Part shown: in pieces, positions 13,607 to 26,040 of the stretch | How positions within the stretch are numbered: the stretch's first letter is position 1 | Layout of the letters: each line of letters opens with the position of its first letter | Source: Squalus acanthias | Taxonomy: Eukaryota | Direction of reading: 5' to 3' | Length of the DNA: 64,000 bases | Assembly: GCA_030390025.1 (NCBI GenBank) | Contig: CM059434.1 | Span: 25,792,001-25,856,000, forward strand | The notes under the pieces: generated by a model | Seen by the model: the letters and a program-made list of their open reading frames with translations, nothing else | Told to the model about the DNA's origin: nothing | The model's database searches: none | Made by a program: the position numbers and the translations under genes

Positions 13607-15577
13607 CCGTCGCATCTGCTCAGACGATGTCACCTTCCATACTAGTGCTTCCGATATGCCTTCCTTTTTCCTCAACCGAAGATTCCCCTCTACCACCATG
13701 GTTGGCCTGGCCCTCGACCGTGTCCGTTCTATTTCCCGCACTTCTGCTCCCACCCCTTCTCCTCCCTCCCAGAGCCACGACAGGGTTACCCCGTCCTCAC
13801 CTTTCACCCCACCAGCCTCCACATTCATCGTATCTTTTCAGGAAATGCAACACCTGCCCTTTTATCTCCTCCCTTCCCACTGTCCAGGGCCCCAAACACT
13901 CCTTCCAGGTGAAACAGCAATTTACTTGTATTACTTGCAATTTAGTATACTGTATTCACTACTCATGATGCGGTCGCCTCTACATTGGTGAGGCCAAACG
14001 CAGATTGGGGGACCGCTTTGCGGAACATCTCCGTTCGGTCCATAAGCGTGACCTTGAACTTCCGGTTGCCTGTCACTTTAATTCTCTACTCCACTCCCAC
14101 TCTGACCTCTCCGTCCGAAGGCTCTTACACTGTTCGAACGAAGCTCAACGTAGCTCGAGGAACAGCACCTCATCTTTCGATTAGGCACTTCACAGCCTTC
14201 TGGACTTAACATCGAGTTCAACAATTTCAGACCATAACCTCTGCCCCTATTTTTTTTTCCACATGGCAGCTGTTGATGATTCGGCCATTCTTTTTCTGGT
14301 ATACATCAATGATTTGGACTTGAAAGTAGGAAGTATGATTAAGAAGTTTGCAGATAATACAAAAATTGGCCATGTGGTTGATAATGAAGAAGAAAGCTGT
14401 AAACTTCAGGAAGATATCAATGGACTGGTCTGGTGGGCAGAACAGTGGCAAATGGAATTCAACCCGGAGAAGTGTGCGGTAATGCATTTGGGGAGGGCTA
14501 ACAAGGCAAGGGAATACACTATAAATGGTAGGACACTGAGAAGTGCAGAGGATCAGTGGGACCTTGGAGTGCATGTCCACAGATCCCTAAAGGTAGCAGG
14601 ACAGGTAGATAAGGTGATTAAGGCGGCACATGGGATGCTTTCCTTTATTAGCCAAGGCATAGAATACAAGAGCAGGGAGGTTATGCTTGAACTGTATAAA
14701 ATACTAGTTAGGCCGCAGCTAAAATACTGCATGCAGTTCTGGTCACCACATTACAGGAAGGATGTGATTGCACTAGAGGGTGCAGAGGAGATTTACGAGG
14801 ATGTTGCCTGGGCTGGGGAATTTTAGCTATGAGGAAAGATTGGATAGGCTGGGGTTGTTTTCTTTGGAAGAGAGAGACTGATGGGAGATTTAATTGAGGT
14901 GTATAAAATTAGGAAGGATCTAGATAGAGTGGATAGGAAGGACCTACTTCCATTGACAGAAGGGTCAATAACCAGGGGGCATAGATTTAAAGTAATTGGT
15001 AGGAGGTTTAGAGGGGACTTGGAGAATTTTTTTCACCCAGAGGGTGGTGGGGGTCTGGAACTCACTGCCTGAAAGGGTGGTCGAGGCAGAATCCCTCATC
15101 GCTTTGAAAAAGTACTTGGATATGCACTTGAAGGGATATGCACTTGAAGTGCTGTAACCTACAAGGCTACGGACCAAGAGCTGGAAAGTGGGATTAGGGT
15201 GGATCGCTCTGTCGGCCAGCACGGACAAGTTGGGCCAAATGGTCTCCTGTGCTGTAAATTTCTATGATTCTATGATTCCCATTCACAACTCATCTTGACT
15301 TATCATTGGTTTCTTAACTTGTTCCATTACCATCTCCTTTTGCTTTGCACCATCCTCCTGTTTGTCTTTTAATCTCTCCTGCCTTCCATTCTATCACAGA
15401 CCTTCCCTTTTGTTCTTTCCTCCCCGCCTCCCTTTCCCTACCAGTGCTTAAAAATCGGTAACATCTCTAACTTTTTCCAGTTCTGACTAAAGGTCATCGA
15501 CCTAAAACGTTAACGGTTTCTCTCTCCAGATTCTGCCTCAGCTGCTCAGTTTTTCCAGCATTTTCTGTTTTTATTTC
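13607..15577 (+). mobile_element. 5'-truncated Penelope-like retroelement (end of RT + GIY-YIG endonuclease + pLTR with degenerate hammerhead), interrupted by a CR1
   Basis: RRICSDD..FFLNRRFP and LVYCIHYS*CGRLYIGEAKRRLGDRFAEHLR; mutated hammerhead at 15479-15514; direct repeat ATAAACTCT at 13598-13606 and 15578-15586. Confidence 0.85.
14291..15278 (+). mobile_element. 5'-truncated CR1 nested in the Penelope element
   Basis: YINDLD..KFADNTK..QFWSPHY ORF; (TATGATTC)n tail; flanking CCATTC repeats. Confidence 0.9.
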
Positions 15578-15789
15578 ATAAACTCTGCAGTTTTCACCAC
15601 ACATTCTAATGCACGGTTCTCATTTTATCCTTCTTGGAAGGAAGGATGCATGACATCCATTAGTATTCAAACCAAGATCGTATGGCCCCAACTTGGGCAC
15701 TAAACCTACGGAGCTACCCAAATCCCACCATATGCAGGGCATCATTCTAAACCCACAGTTCTTTGACCAAAAGCAGCAGGCACCAAGGC

Positions 15790-18362
15790 ATTTAGTTAAA
15801 TTCGAAACTCGGGTCTTAAATCTAAACAAAGCAAACTATGTAGGTATGAGGGGCGAGTTGGCTAAGGTAGATTGGGAAATTACATTAAAAGGTAAGATGG
15901 TAGAGAAGCAATGGCTAGCATTTAAAGAATACATAATTTACAACAAATATACATTCCTTTAAGGCACAAAAACACCTACAGGAAACGTGGTCCAACCATG
16001 GCTAACAAGAGAAGTTAAAGATAGCATCAGATCAAAGGAAGAGGCTTATAATGTTGCCAAAAATAGTAAGTCTGAGGACTGGGCGGATTTTAGAATTCAG
16101 CAAAGGAGGACTAAGAAATTGATAAACAAAGGGAAAATAGAATAGGAGAGTAAACTAGCGAGAGACATAAAAACAGACTGTAAAAGCTTCTATAGGTACG
16201 TAAAAAGGAAAAGATTAGCAAAAGCAAATGTGGGTCCCTTATAGGCTGAGACAGGAGAAATTATAACGGAGAATAAGGAAATGACGAGAAATTAAAACAA
16301 ATACTGCGTGTCTGTCTTCATGGAAGACGACGCAAAAAAATTCCCGGAAATAGTGGAGAACCAAAGGAACTGAAAGAAATGAGTATTAGTAAAAAAAATA
16401 GTACTGGAGAAATTAATGGGACTGAAAGCCAATAAATCCCCTGGACCTGATGGCCTACATCATAGGGTTTTGAAAGAGGTGGCTATAGAGATCGTGGATG
16501 CATTGGTTGTCATTTTCCAAAATTCCAGAGATTCTAGAACAGTTCCCGCAGATTGGAAGGCAGCAAATGTAACCCCACTACTTAAAGGAGGGAAGAGAGA
16601 AAACAGGGAACTACAGACCAGTTAGCCTGACATCAGTAGTAGGGAAAATGCTAGAATCTATTATTAAGGACATGGTAACAGGGCACTAAGAAAATAATAG
16701 GATTGGGCAGAGTCAACACGGATTTATGAAAGGGAAATCGTGTTTGACAAATCTGTTGGAGTTTTTTGAGGTTGTAACTAGCAGAATAGATAAGGGGGAA
16801 CCAGTGGATGTGATGTATTTGGATTTTCAGAAGGCATTCGATAAGGTGCTACACAAGAAGTTATTAAACAAAATTAGAGCTCATGGGATTGGGGGTAATA
16901 TACTAGCATGGATTGAGGATTGGTTAACGGACAGAAAACAGAGTAGGAATAAACGGGTCATTTTTAGGTTGGCAGGCTATAACTAGTGGGGTACCGCAAG
17001 GATCAGTGCTTGGGCCTCAGCTATTCACAATCTACATCAATGATTTGGATGAGGGGACCAAATGTAATATATCCAAGTTTGCTGATGATACAAAGCTGGG
17101 TGGGAATGTAAGTCGTGAGGAGGATGCAAGGAGGCTTCAAGGGGATATAGACAAGCTAAGTGAGTGGGCAAGAGCATGGCAAATGGAATACAATGTGGAG
17201 AAATGTGAAGTTATCCACTTTGGTAGGAAAAATAGAAAAGCGGAGTATTGTTTAAATGGTGAGCGATTGGGAAATTGTTGGTGTTCAGAGGGACCTGGGT
17301 GTCCTTGTACACGAATCACTGAAAATTAACATGCAGGTACAGCAAGCAATTAGGAAAGCAAATGGTATGTTGGCCTTTATTACAGAAGGATTTGAGTACA
17401 AGAGTAAAGACGTCTTACTGCAATTATATAGGGCCCTAGTGAGACCACACCTGGAGGATTATGTACAGTTTTGGTCTCCTTACCTAAGGAAGGATATACA
17501 GGAAACTCTTTATTAACCGGCACACAAATATCCGGAAATCTCTCTTAACCGGCAAAATTCTTGAGTAGGTAACCGGGGTTTTCCTTCATCTCTCGTTTAA
17601 GATTAACTTTAAAAAAAACCCCGAGGCGTTTGCCTTGTATCGGAGCGTGTAGATTGGGAGGGGAATGTGCAGCCCGGGTAGGCAGCGGACACGACAGATG
17701 GTCAGCTGGCGGTCCCCGGGGAGACGGAGCTCCGAATGCAGGCGCATGTCAATGTGTACGGGGCTCTCGTACGTTGGTAGATATAACTCTCCGTTATCTG
17801 GACTTTTTGATAAACCGGCACCACGCCGGTCCCGGTTAATAAAGAGTTTCCTGTACTTGCCATAGAGGGAAGTGCAACGAAGGTTCACCAGACTGGTTCC
17901 TGGGATGGGGGGGATTGTCCTATGGAGGAGAGATTGAGTAGACTAGGCCTATATTCTCTGGAGTTCAGAAGAAGAGGTAATCTCATTGAAACATACAAAA
18001 TTCTTACAGGGCTTGACAGGGTAGATACAGGGAGGATGTTTCCTCTGGCTGGGGAGTCTAGAACCAGGAGTCACAGTCTCAGTATAAGGGGTCGGCCATT
18101 TAGGACTGAGATAAGGAGAAATATCTTCACTCAGAGGGTGGTGAATCTTTGGAATTCTCTACCGCAGAGGGCTGTGGAGGCTCAGTCGTTGATTATATTC
18201 AAGACAGAGATCGATAGATTTTTGAATATTAAGGGAATCAAGGGATATGGGGATAGTGCAGGAAAGTGGAGCTGAGGTAGAAGATCAGCCATGATCTTAC
18301 TGAATGGCAGAGCAGGCTCGAAGGGCCAAATGACCTACTCCTGCTCCTATTTTTTATGTTCT
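15790..18362 (+). mobile_element. 5'-truncated CR1 ORF2 + 3' UTR, interrupted by a MITE
   Basis: KSPGPDG, SCLTNLLEFF, YLDFQKAFDKV, KFADDTK; tail CCTGCTCCTATTTTTTATGTT. Confidence 0.92.
17499..17853 (+). mobile_element. Tc1/mariner-pogo (Tigger-like) MITE, copy 1
   Basis: TIRs CAGGAAACTCTTTATTAACCGG / CCGGTTAATAAAGAGTTTCCTG, TA duplication, cleanly splits the CR1 sequence GGATA-TA-CTTGCC. Confidence 0.9.
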
Positions 18363-20290
18363 CTTAACAGTCTGGGATACATTTCAACCGGGCCTGGGGA
18401 TTTATCCACTTTCAAAAGATGCTAAACTCCTTAATACTTCCTCTTTCACTATGTTTATTTCATCTCATACTTCACACTCCTCTTCCCTGATTGCAGTGTC
18501 TGCATCGTCCCTCTCTTGTGAAAACAGATGCAAAGTATTCATTAAGAACCATACCCTAGTCTTCTGCCTCCACACACAGGTTACCTTTATGGTCCCTAAT
18601 TGGCCCTACTCTTACTTTAGTTATCCTCTTGCTCTTAATGTATTTATAAAACATCTTTGGGTTTTCCTAGATTTTACTTGCCAATATTTTTTCATGCCCT
18701 CTTTGCTTTCCTAATTTCCTTTTTAATTTCACCCCTGCACTTTATATTCTTCTAGGGTTTCTGCAGTATTGAGCCTTCAGTATCGGTCATAAGCTTCCTT
18801 TTTTTCCCTTTATCTGACCCTGTATGCCCCTCGACATCCATGGAGCTCGAAATTTGTTCGTCCCACCCTTTTTCTTTAAGGGAACATACTTGCTCTGAAC
18901 CCTTACCATCTCCTCTTTGAATGCCTCCCACTGCTCTGACACTGATTTACCTTCAAGTTTCTGTCTCCAGTCCACTTTGGCTAAATCCCATCTCAGCTTA
19001 GTAAAATTAGCTTTTCCCCAATTGAGAACTTTTATTCCTGGTCTATCCTGGTCCTTTTCCATAACTACCCTAAATCTAACTGAATTATGATCACTACCAC
19101 CAATATGCTCTCCCACGGATACCTTTTCCACCTGCCCAGCTTCATTCCCTAAAACTATGTGCAGAACCGTCCCCTCTCTTGTTGGGCTTGCTACGTACTG
19201 GCTAAAAAAATCCTCCTGAATGCATTTTAAGAATTCTGCTCCCTCTATACCTTTCACACTAATTTTATCCCAGTTAATATTGGGGAAGTTGAAATCCCCT
19301 ACTATTACTGCCCTGTTTTTGCTCATCTCAGAAATTTGCCTACATATTTGCTCTTCTATCTCCCTCTGACTTTTGGGGGTCTATAGTACAATCCCAGCAG
19401 TGTGATCGCCCCTTTTTTTGTTTTTCAGTTCAACCCATATGGCCTCATTGGATGATCCTTAAGATATCATCCCTCCTCACAGCTGTAATTGTTTCTTGCA
19501 TTAATATTGCAACCCCCCCCCCCCAATCTTTTTTATCCCCCCGCTCTCTCGTCTGAAACCCTGTAAGTAGGAATGTTCAGTTGCCATTCCGGCCCTTCTT
19601 TCAGTCATGTCTCAGTAATAGCTATATCATACTCCGTGTTTATCTGTGCCCTCAGCTCGTCTGCTTTATTCCCTAGACTCCTTGCGTTGGAAGTATATCC
19701 CATTTAGCACTGCCAAACTCCCTTGTTGTTTATTTTATAGCCTTTGTTTCCTCTGCCTTCCAAACTCGCTTACTAATTTTCTGCCTTCCATTTCCAGCTT
19801 TGCTTCTCTCCCTTCTGAATCTACTCTCTGGTTCCCATCCCCCTGCCAAGCCAGTTTAAACCCTCCCCAACAATACCAGCAAACCCCGCCCCCCTCCGCG
19901 AGGATATTGATCCCGGTCCTGTGGAGGTGCAACTCGTCCGGCTTGTACAGATCCCACCTCCCACAGAAACGGTCCCAAGCCTCAGGAATCTAAAGCCCTC
20001 CAGCCTGCACCATCTCTCCAGCCACGCATTCATCTGCTCTATCCTCCAATTTCTGTACTCACTAGCACATGGCACCGGGAGTAATCCGGAGATTACTACC
20101 TTTGAGGTCCTGCTTTTCAATCTCTTTCCTAGCTCCCTAAAATCTGCCTGCAGGACCTCATCCCTCTTTCTACCTATGTTGTTGGTACCGATATGGACCA
20201 CGACCTCTGGCTGTTCACCCTCCCCCCTCAATGTCCTGCAGTGACATCCTTGACCCTGGCACCAAGGCGGCAACATACCATCCTGGAGTC
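18363..20290 (-). mobile_element. CR1 internal fragment (ORF1 esterase through endonuclease, to KSPGP)
   Basis: VVHIGTNNIGRKRDEVLQ, IVGDFNFPNINW, GSDHNSV. Confidence 0.9.
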
Positions 20291-22103
20291 ACAGTGCACA
20301 CTAAGGGAAGGTTAGAAGGATTACTGAAGGAGACAGGAAGGGACTCAGTGGCTGGTGGTTTACATAGAGGCATTTTACACAAGGAGAAATAAGATATGGT
20401 TATCTCAAGTGCAAGGATTCTTTTAAAACTTAAACATATGGAATGCAAAGTAACATTCTCAGGTATACTTCCAGTTTTGGGTAAGAGAGAGGAGTTCCCT
20501 CAAAAATGATGGATGTAAATAAGTGGTCGACAATGGTGCAAACAATTCCATCTTTTGCTTTACTCAAAGCTGGTATGGTAGTACCAGTGTGTTGAAATCA
20601 CTAGATAGTAATTTTCTAGCAGGCAAGAAATTTGTTTTGTGTGCATGGATATGGAGATATGGTATAGATAAAGAGTGATCAGAGACTCAGTGTAGAAGAG
20701 AGAATGACTGGACAGGAAGATAACTGGGAATATTTTCACAACAAAAAAAAAACTACAGGAGAGACAGGCTGCATCTAAACAAAGCAGGAACAATGAGTGG
20801 TAGCCAATTAAGAATCATAAACCAGACAGGTGGATAGTGGAAGGAGGACGACAGGGGGAACAACAGATCACAGATAAGTGTGTGGAGGGAAAGATAGTTA
20901 ACAGGCAGGCATGGATGCAAACTCAAACATACGGTAACAAGATACCAGGAACATGGATAAAGGGGCATAGAAGGAGGCAAAATCTGCAATAAAATGTATA
21001 TACATGAATGCTAGAAGCATTAAAAATAAGATGTAGAAACCAGAGTTGTTGTGGCAGTAGGTAAAGACAATGTATTAAATATCTGAAACATAGGTTACAC
21101 CAGAGAATGGTAATAAATACAATATAGTGGTCATATAGTGTGTTCAGAAAATAACACAGGAAAGCCCTATATATGTCAGACACACGAGATTAAAAGTCAT
21201 TTCAGTATGAGGAGTAAAGACACACAATAAACTGATCAGGTTGGATATCTTTAATATGGGTGTGAAGCATTTGGGACGTTCCGGGATTCTGAAAGACCAT
21301 ATAAATGCAAGTTCTTTCTTTCTGAAAGGACAAAACTAACACTAGGACTTATGTTACAGACCATCAAGTCAGAACAAGGAAGTCAGTCAGCTTACTCTGT
21401 GAATGCATGTGTAAACAAAAAAGCGCTATTTTAACGTGCAACTGCAAGCAATCAAATATAAATTGGGAATAGTCAAGCAGCTCAGAGTCAGAATTAGTAA
21501 GTATTATTAAAGGCCAGGAGCCAGTGTCTATGTTTAAAAGAACTAATTTTAGATGGAACAATTTAAGATGATTGGCAGGGTTTATTGTACAACAGTTCAG
21601 TAGAGAACACACTTAAAAGCGTAATCTTGAGCACGCAAGATAAATGCATGCCTAGGATCAGCAAGCCTATACTGAACATACATGACCCTAAACAGATGAT
21701 CAAAAAAAAAGCAGAAATGAGGAAAAAACAACAAACACATGTAGAGGTAGCTGAAGGGGGTTACTGGGATGAATATATGAACTTACAATGTTAAAATGGT
21801 GGCCAAAGAGGCAAACAGAGACAGAGGAGGAAAAAGCATATGCTCAACATGAAGAGCAAGATTTATTTTTCTAGTGTCACACTAGTAAGAGCATAAAATA
21901 AGAGGTGTAAGCTTTTAAAAAGATGAAAATGGTGCTGAGACGATTACTGCAAGATAAAAAGATAGCATTCTGAATGATTGCTTCAAGTATGCACAAGAAA
22001 GGGCTTGAACAAAATGTCCTCCATTAAATAGTGATAATCCAAATCGAATTAATGGCTGATGTAAATGAGATGGAAGATCTGGACAAGCTAGTAAGGGCTG
22101 AAT

Positions 22104-22271
22104 CACAGAATCACAGAATCCCCACAGTGCAGATAGAGACCATTTCGGCCCATCGAGCCTGCACCGACACATATCCCACCCTATCCCCATAACCCCACGT
22201 ATTTAATCCCCCTAACACTAAGGGTCAATTTATCATAGCCAAATCAACCTAACCCGCACATCTTTGGACTG
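22104..22271 (-). mobile_element. V-SINE/HE1-like shark SINE 3' fragment with a CR1-derived tail
   Basis: (CACAGAAT)n tail, TTCGGCCCATCGAG, AACCTAACCCGCACATCTTTGGACT. Confidence 0.6.
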
Positions 22272-22454
22272 AAGGATACATTCAACTGTTTAGGTGATGA
22301 TCTGTTCATCGGAGAAGGATGAACAAATGAAAAATATGGAATTTAATGGACCGAGTACAGATACCAAAAAGAGCATAACACCACCAAAATCCTCAGTTAG
22401 TTATTAATTCTTTCAAATTATGTTTTAATTCCCTTACACTATATCGGTGACTTA

Positions 22455-22727
<273 letters not shown>

Positions 22728-23493
22728 CTATTTGGAACAAAGCTCATTTCTTTTATAAAAACTTAATTTCTTCTATCCTGTCTTCACGCATATGTTAACA
22801 CCTTTCCGGTACCTTGCCCAAGAGGCCACTTTCAGGCATGTACTGGTAGACTCTTGAGTGACCTCACGCAATTTCCATGCACAAGTACCTTCCAGCAAGT
22901 GGCAGCAGGACCACCAGCTAATTTTTCTCCTCCTTCACCCAGGGACACGGAAGCAAATTGTAGCACTCAAACAAACATTCTGGCCGAGATCAGCTAGCGC
23001 AGCACAGATTAGGAAGCAAACCTGGGAACTTCTGGTCTATACGGCTTAGCTATACACTCCCTTTAGTAAAATTAAGCCATAATATTGACTGAATACAAGC
23101 CACCCCAACACGAAGAAATCCAAAATAAGCATTGTAGGAATTAAGTGCATTTCATAGACTGCCTTGCTATGTGTTTAAAAAATAAATTCTAAAAGCAAGT
23201 TAAATCTGTCAAAGTGGCTTTAAATAATACTGGTCAACTAGCTCTGCTGCTGGATGAAGCACTGCATTACACCAGATTGTGCATTCGTTGTTTATTTAGT
23301 ACTTGGAACTTACATACAGCACATATCGGGACAATTTTAATATTTCTGAAAGTTTCTGGGAAATGCAAGCTACTTTTTGCCCTTGTATAAAAATAATTTA
23401 CAGAATTTAGGAACTGCCATAATAGTTGTGAATGAAGGTCGGTATGCTGGTTCAACAGCAGTACACAGTCAACCAAGAACAAGTTTTACTTAC

Positions 23494-23517
23494 ATTCGAT
23501 AGGTTCGATACATTATT
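23494..23517 (-). CDS. CKAP5: CKAP5 24-nt alternative microexon (adds IMYRTYRI; reads KLK-IMYRTYRI-QAR)
   Basis: cttctttcactgcatttccttggaaag|AATAATGTATCGAACCTATCGAAT|gtaagt; phase 2-2 matches the host intron; UGC motif close to the 3' splice site. Confidence 0.8.
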
Positions 23518-24029
23518 CTTTCCAAGGAAATGCAGTGAAAGAAGTCAGAAGACAGATTTAGACAAAATAAAGGTTTAAGCACAATTATAAAAACAACAGA
23601 CATGAAGCACAAAAAAAAGTGAAGCAAAGGAAACAGCATCCTGCCCTTCACACTGGTTTGCAGTAACTGCTTCAGTGTATTGTTAATAAAAGTAGAATTC
23701 TAAATTATTCAACATTAGGCTTCAACATATTATACTTTTCTAAGTGAATAAACTGTCCATAACATTTCATGTGCAAAACTTGCAACAGTAATCCTAAAGT
23801 GAAAGATTCCTCCATAGAACCCAGAAGACAGCCACTGTAACAGGAGTGAAGCAAAAAGACTGAAATATAGCACGTGCCATTACATGATCTCCTCTTTGGT
23901 AAGAGGAAGAATGTCTGCTTGGCAATAAACCACTAGACAAATTTTATTGAGCATTATTCTTTAAAAAAAAGTAATTGCAAAAAGTTATACGTCTCTAATC
24001 TCAATTAGACCCTCAACAATTGGAGTAGC

Positions 24030-24225
24030 AGAAATCTGGAATTCTCTTCCCCCAAAAGACTGTGGATGTTGGGATAATTGGAGCGGTGAAGACTAAGATC
24101 GATAGATTTTTGTTAGGTCAGGTTATCAAGGGACATGGAGCAGAGGTACAGATCAGCCATGACCTAATAGAACAGTGGAGCAGGCTCAAGGGGCTGAATG
24201 GCTTAATCCTGTCCCTATGTTTCAA
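24030..24225 (+). mobile_element. Short CR1 3' tail
   Basis: TCTGGAATTCTCT...GATCGATAGATTTTTG...GATCAGCCATGA...GGAGCAGGCTC. Confidence 0.7.
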
Positions 24226-24261
24226 TCAAAATAAGACACTTCTTTGCACTAACCTTTAAAA

Positions 24262-25510
24262 TTACATTACATAGGATATACGGCAAAGAAACAGGCCATT
24301 CGGCCCAACCAGTCCATGCCGGTGTTTATGCTCCACTCGAGCCTCCTCCCGTCTTTCCTCATCTAAATCCATCAGCATAACTCTCTATTTCCTTCTCACT
24401 CATGTTTGTCCAGCCTCCCCTTAAATGCATCTATACTATTCGCTTCAACCACTCCCTGTGGTAGCGAGTTCCACATTCTTACCACTCTTTGGGTAAAGAA
24501 GTTTCTTCTGAATTCCCTATTGGCTTTCTTGGTGACTATCTTATATTGATGGCCTCTAGTTATGCTCTTCCTCACAAGTGGAAACATTCTCTGTATCCAC
24601 TCTATCAAAACCTTTCATAAATTTATAGATCTCTACTAGGTCACCCCTCAGCCTTTTTTCAAGAGAAGAGACCCAGCCGGTTCATCCTTTCCTGATATGT
24701 ATACCTTTGCATTTCTGGTATCATCCTTGTAAATCTTCTCAGCACCCTCTCCAGTGCCTCTATATCCTTTTTAAAATATGGCGACCAGAACTGCACGCAG
24801 TATTCCAAGTGTGGCCCAACCAAGTTTCGATACAGGTTTAGCATAATTTCCCTACTTTTCAATTCTATCCCTCTAGAAATAAACCCTAGTGCTTGGTTTG
24901 TATTTTTAATGGCCTTGCTAACCTGTGGCACAACTTTTAGTGATTTGTGTTAACATAGAAACATAGACGATAGGAGCAGGAGTAGGCCATTCGGCCCCTC
25001 GAGCCTGCTCCGCCATTCAATGCGATCATGGCTGATCATCCAAATTCAGTACCCTGTCCCTGCTTTCTCCCCATATCCCTTGATCCCCTTAGCCTTAAGA
25101 AATATATCTAACTCCTTCTTGAATATATTTAATGAATTGGTCTCAACTGCCTTCTGTGGTAGAGAATTCCACAGGTTCACCACTCTGGGTGAAGAAATTC
25201 CTCCTCATCTCAGTCCTAAATGGCTTACCCCTTATCCTTAGACTGTGACTCCTGGTTCTGAACTCCCCCGCCATCAGGAACAGCCTTCCTGCATCTAGTC
25301 TGTCTAGTCCTGTTAGAATTATAAGTTTCAATGAGATCCCCTCTCATTCTTCTAGACTCTAGCAAATAAGCCTAATCGACCCAATCTCTCTTCATACGTC
25401 ATTCCTGCCATCCCAGGTATCAGTCTGGTGAATCTTCACTGTACTCAGAGATCCCTTTGTTCCTTTACCCCACCTAGACTCGCACCCTCCAAGTGATAAG
25501 TGACCTCCCT
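24262..25510 (-). mobile_element. CR1 3' fragment with a second CR1 3' fragment nested at ~24950-25445
   Basis: Two distinct reverse CR1 tails (ATTACATTACATAG; AACATAGAAACATAG) and RT C-terminal ORFs. Confidence 0.85.
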
Positions 25511-25674
25511 TGAAAGCACTGTTCCTTTACTGGTTATGTGGCTATCCATTACCTCGATCTTCTATTTCTGTTGGTTTCAGAAGAACTATCATGCTGAATG
25601 CAGAAGCCAAGTATAAGACCAGTTTGTAGCTGCTCATTTGTGGCTGCTCAAAAGGGACTACAAAGAATCAAAAT

Positions 25675-25968
25675 GTCAGCTGTGGCTCAGTTGGTAACAC
25701 TTGCACCTCTGAATCAGAAGGATGCGCATTTAAGTCCCATTCCAGAGATAAGCACAAAATCTAGGTTGACACTTCACTGCAGTACTGAGGGGTGCTGCAC
25801 TGTGTGAGGTGCTGTCTTTCGGGTGAGATGTTAAATTTCTCAGGTGGGCGGAAAAGATCCCATGGCACTACTTTTAAGAGCAGCAGGGAAGTTCTTCTGG
25901 TGTCCTGACCAATACTTAAAGCTCAACCAACTTCACTGGAAAAAAACCCAGACTATCTGGTCATTATC
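25675..25968 (+). mobile_element. DeuSINE copy
   Basis: A box GTGGCTCAGTTGG; body homologous to 1-260. Confidence 0.8.
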
Positions 25969-25970
25969 CT

Positions 25971-26040
25971 AGTTCAGATGAAGGATCACAAGACCTGGAA
26001 CATTAACCCTAGATTCTGCTCTCTACAGATGTCAACTGAC
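25971..26040 (+). mobile_element. Degenerate Penelope pLTR/hammerhead remnant
   Basis: AGTTCAGATGAAGGATCACAAGACCTGGAACATTAAC resembles 15479-15514 and 32683-32715. Confidence 0.5.

Noticed and set aside
15479-15514. Hammerhead ribozyme in the first Penelope pLTR
   Set aside because: Core is mutated (CTGACTA, AAAA instead of GAAA), so it is unlikely to be active
20330-21520. Purine-rich stretch with several minus-strand hydrophobic ORFs
   Set aside because: Looks like a very old plus-strand CR1 remnant (ATGAATGCTAGAAGCATT resembles NARSI); the ORFs are antisense artefacts
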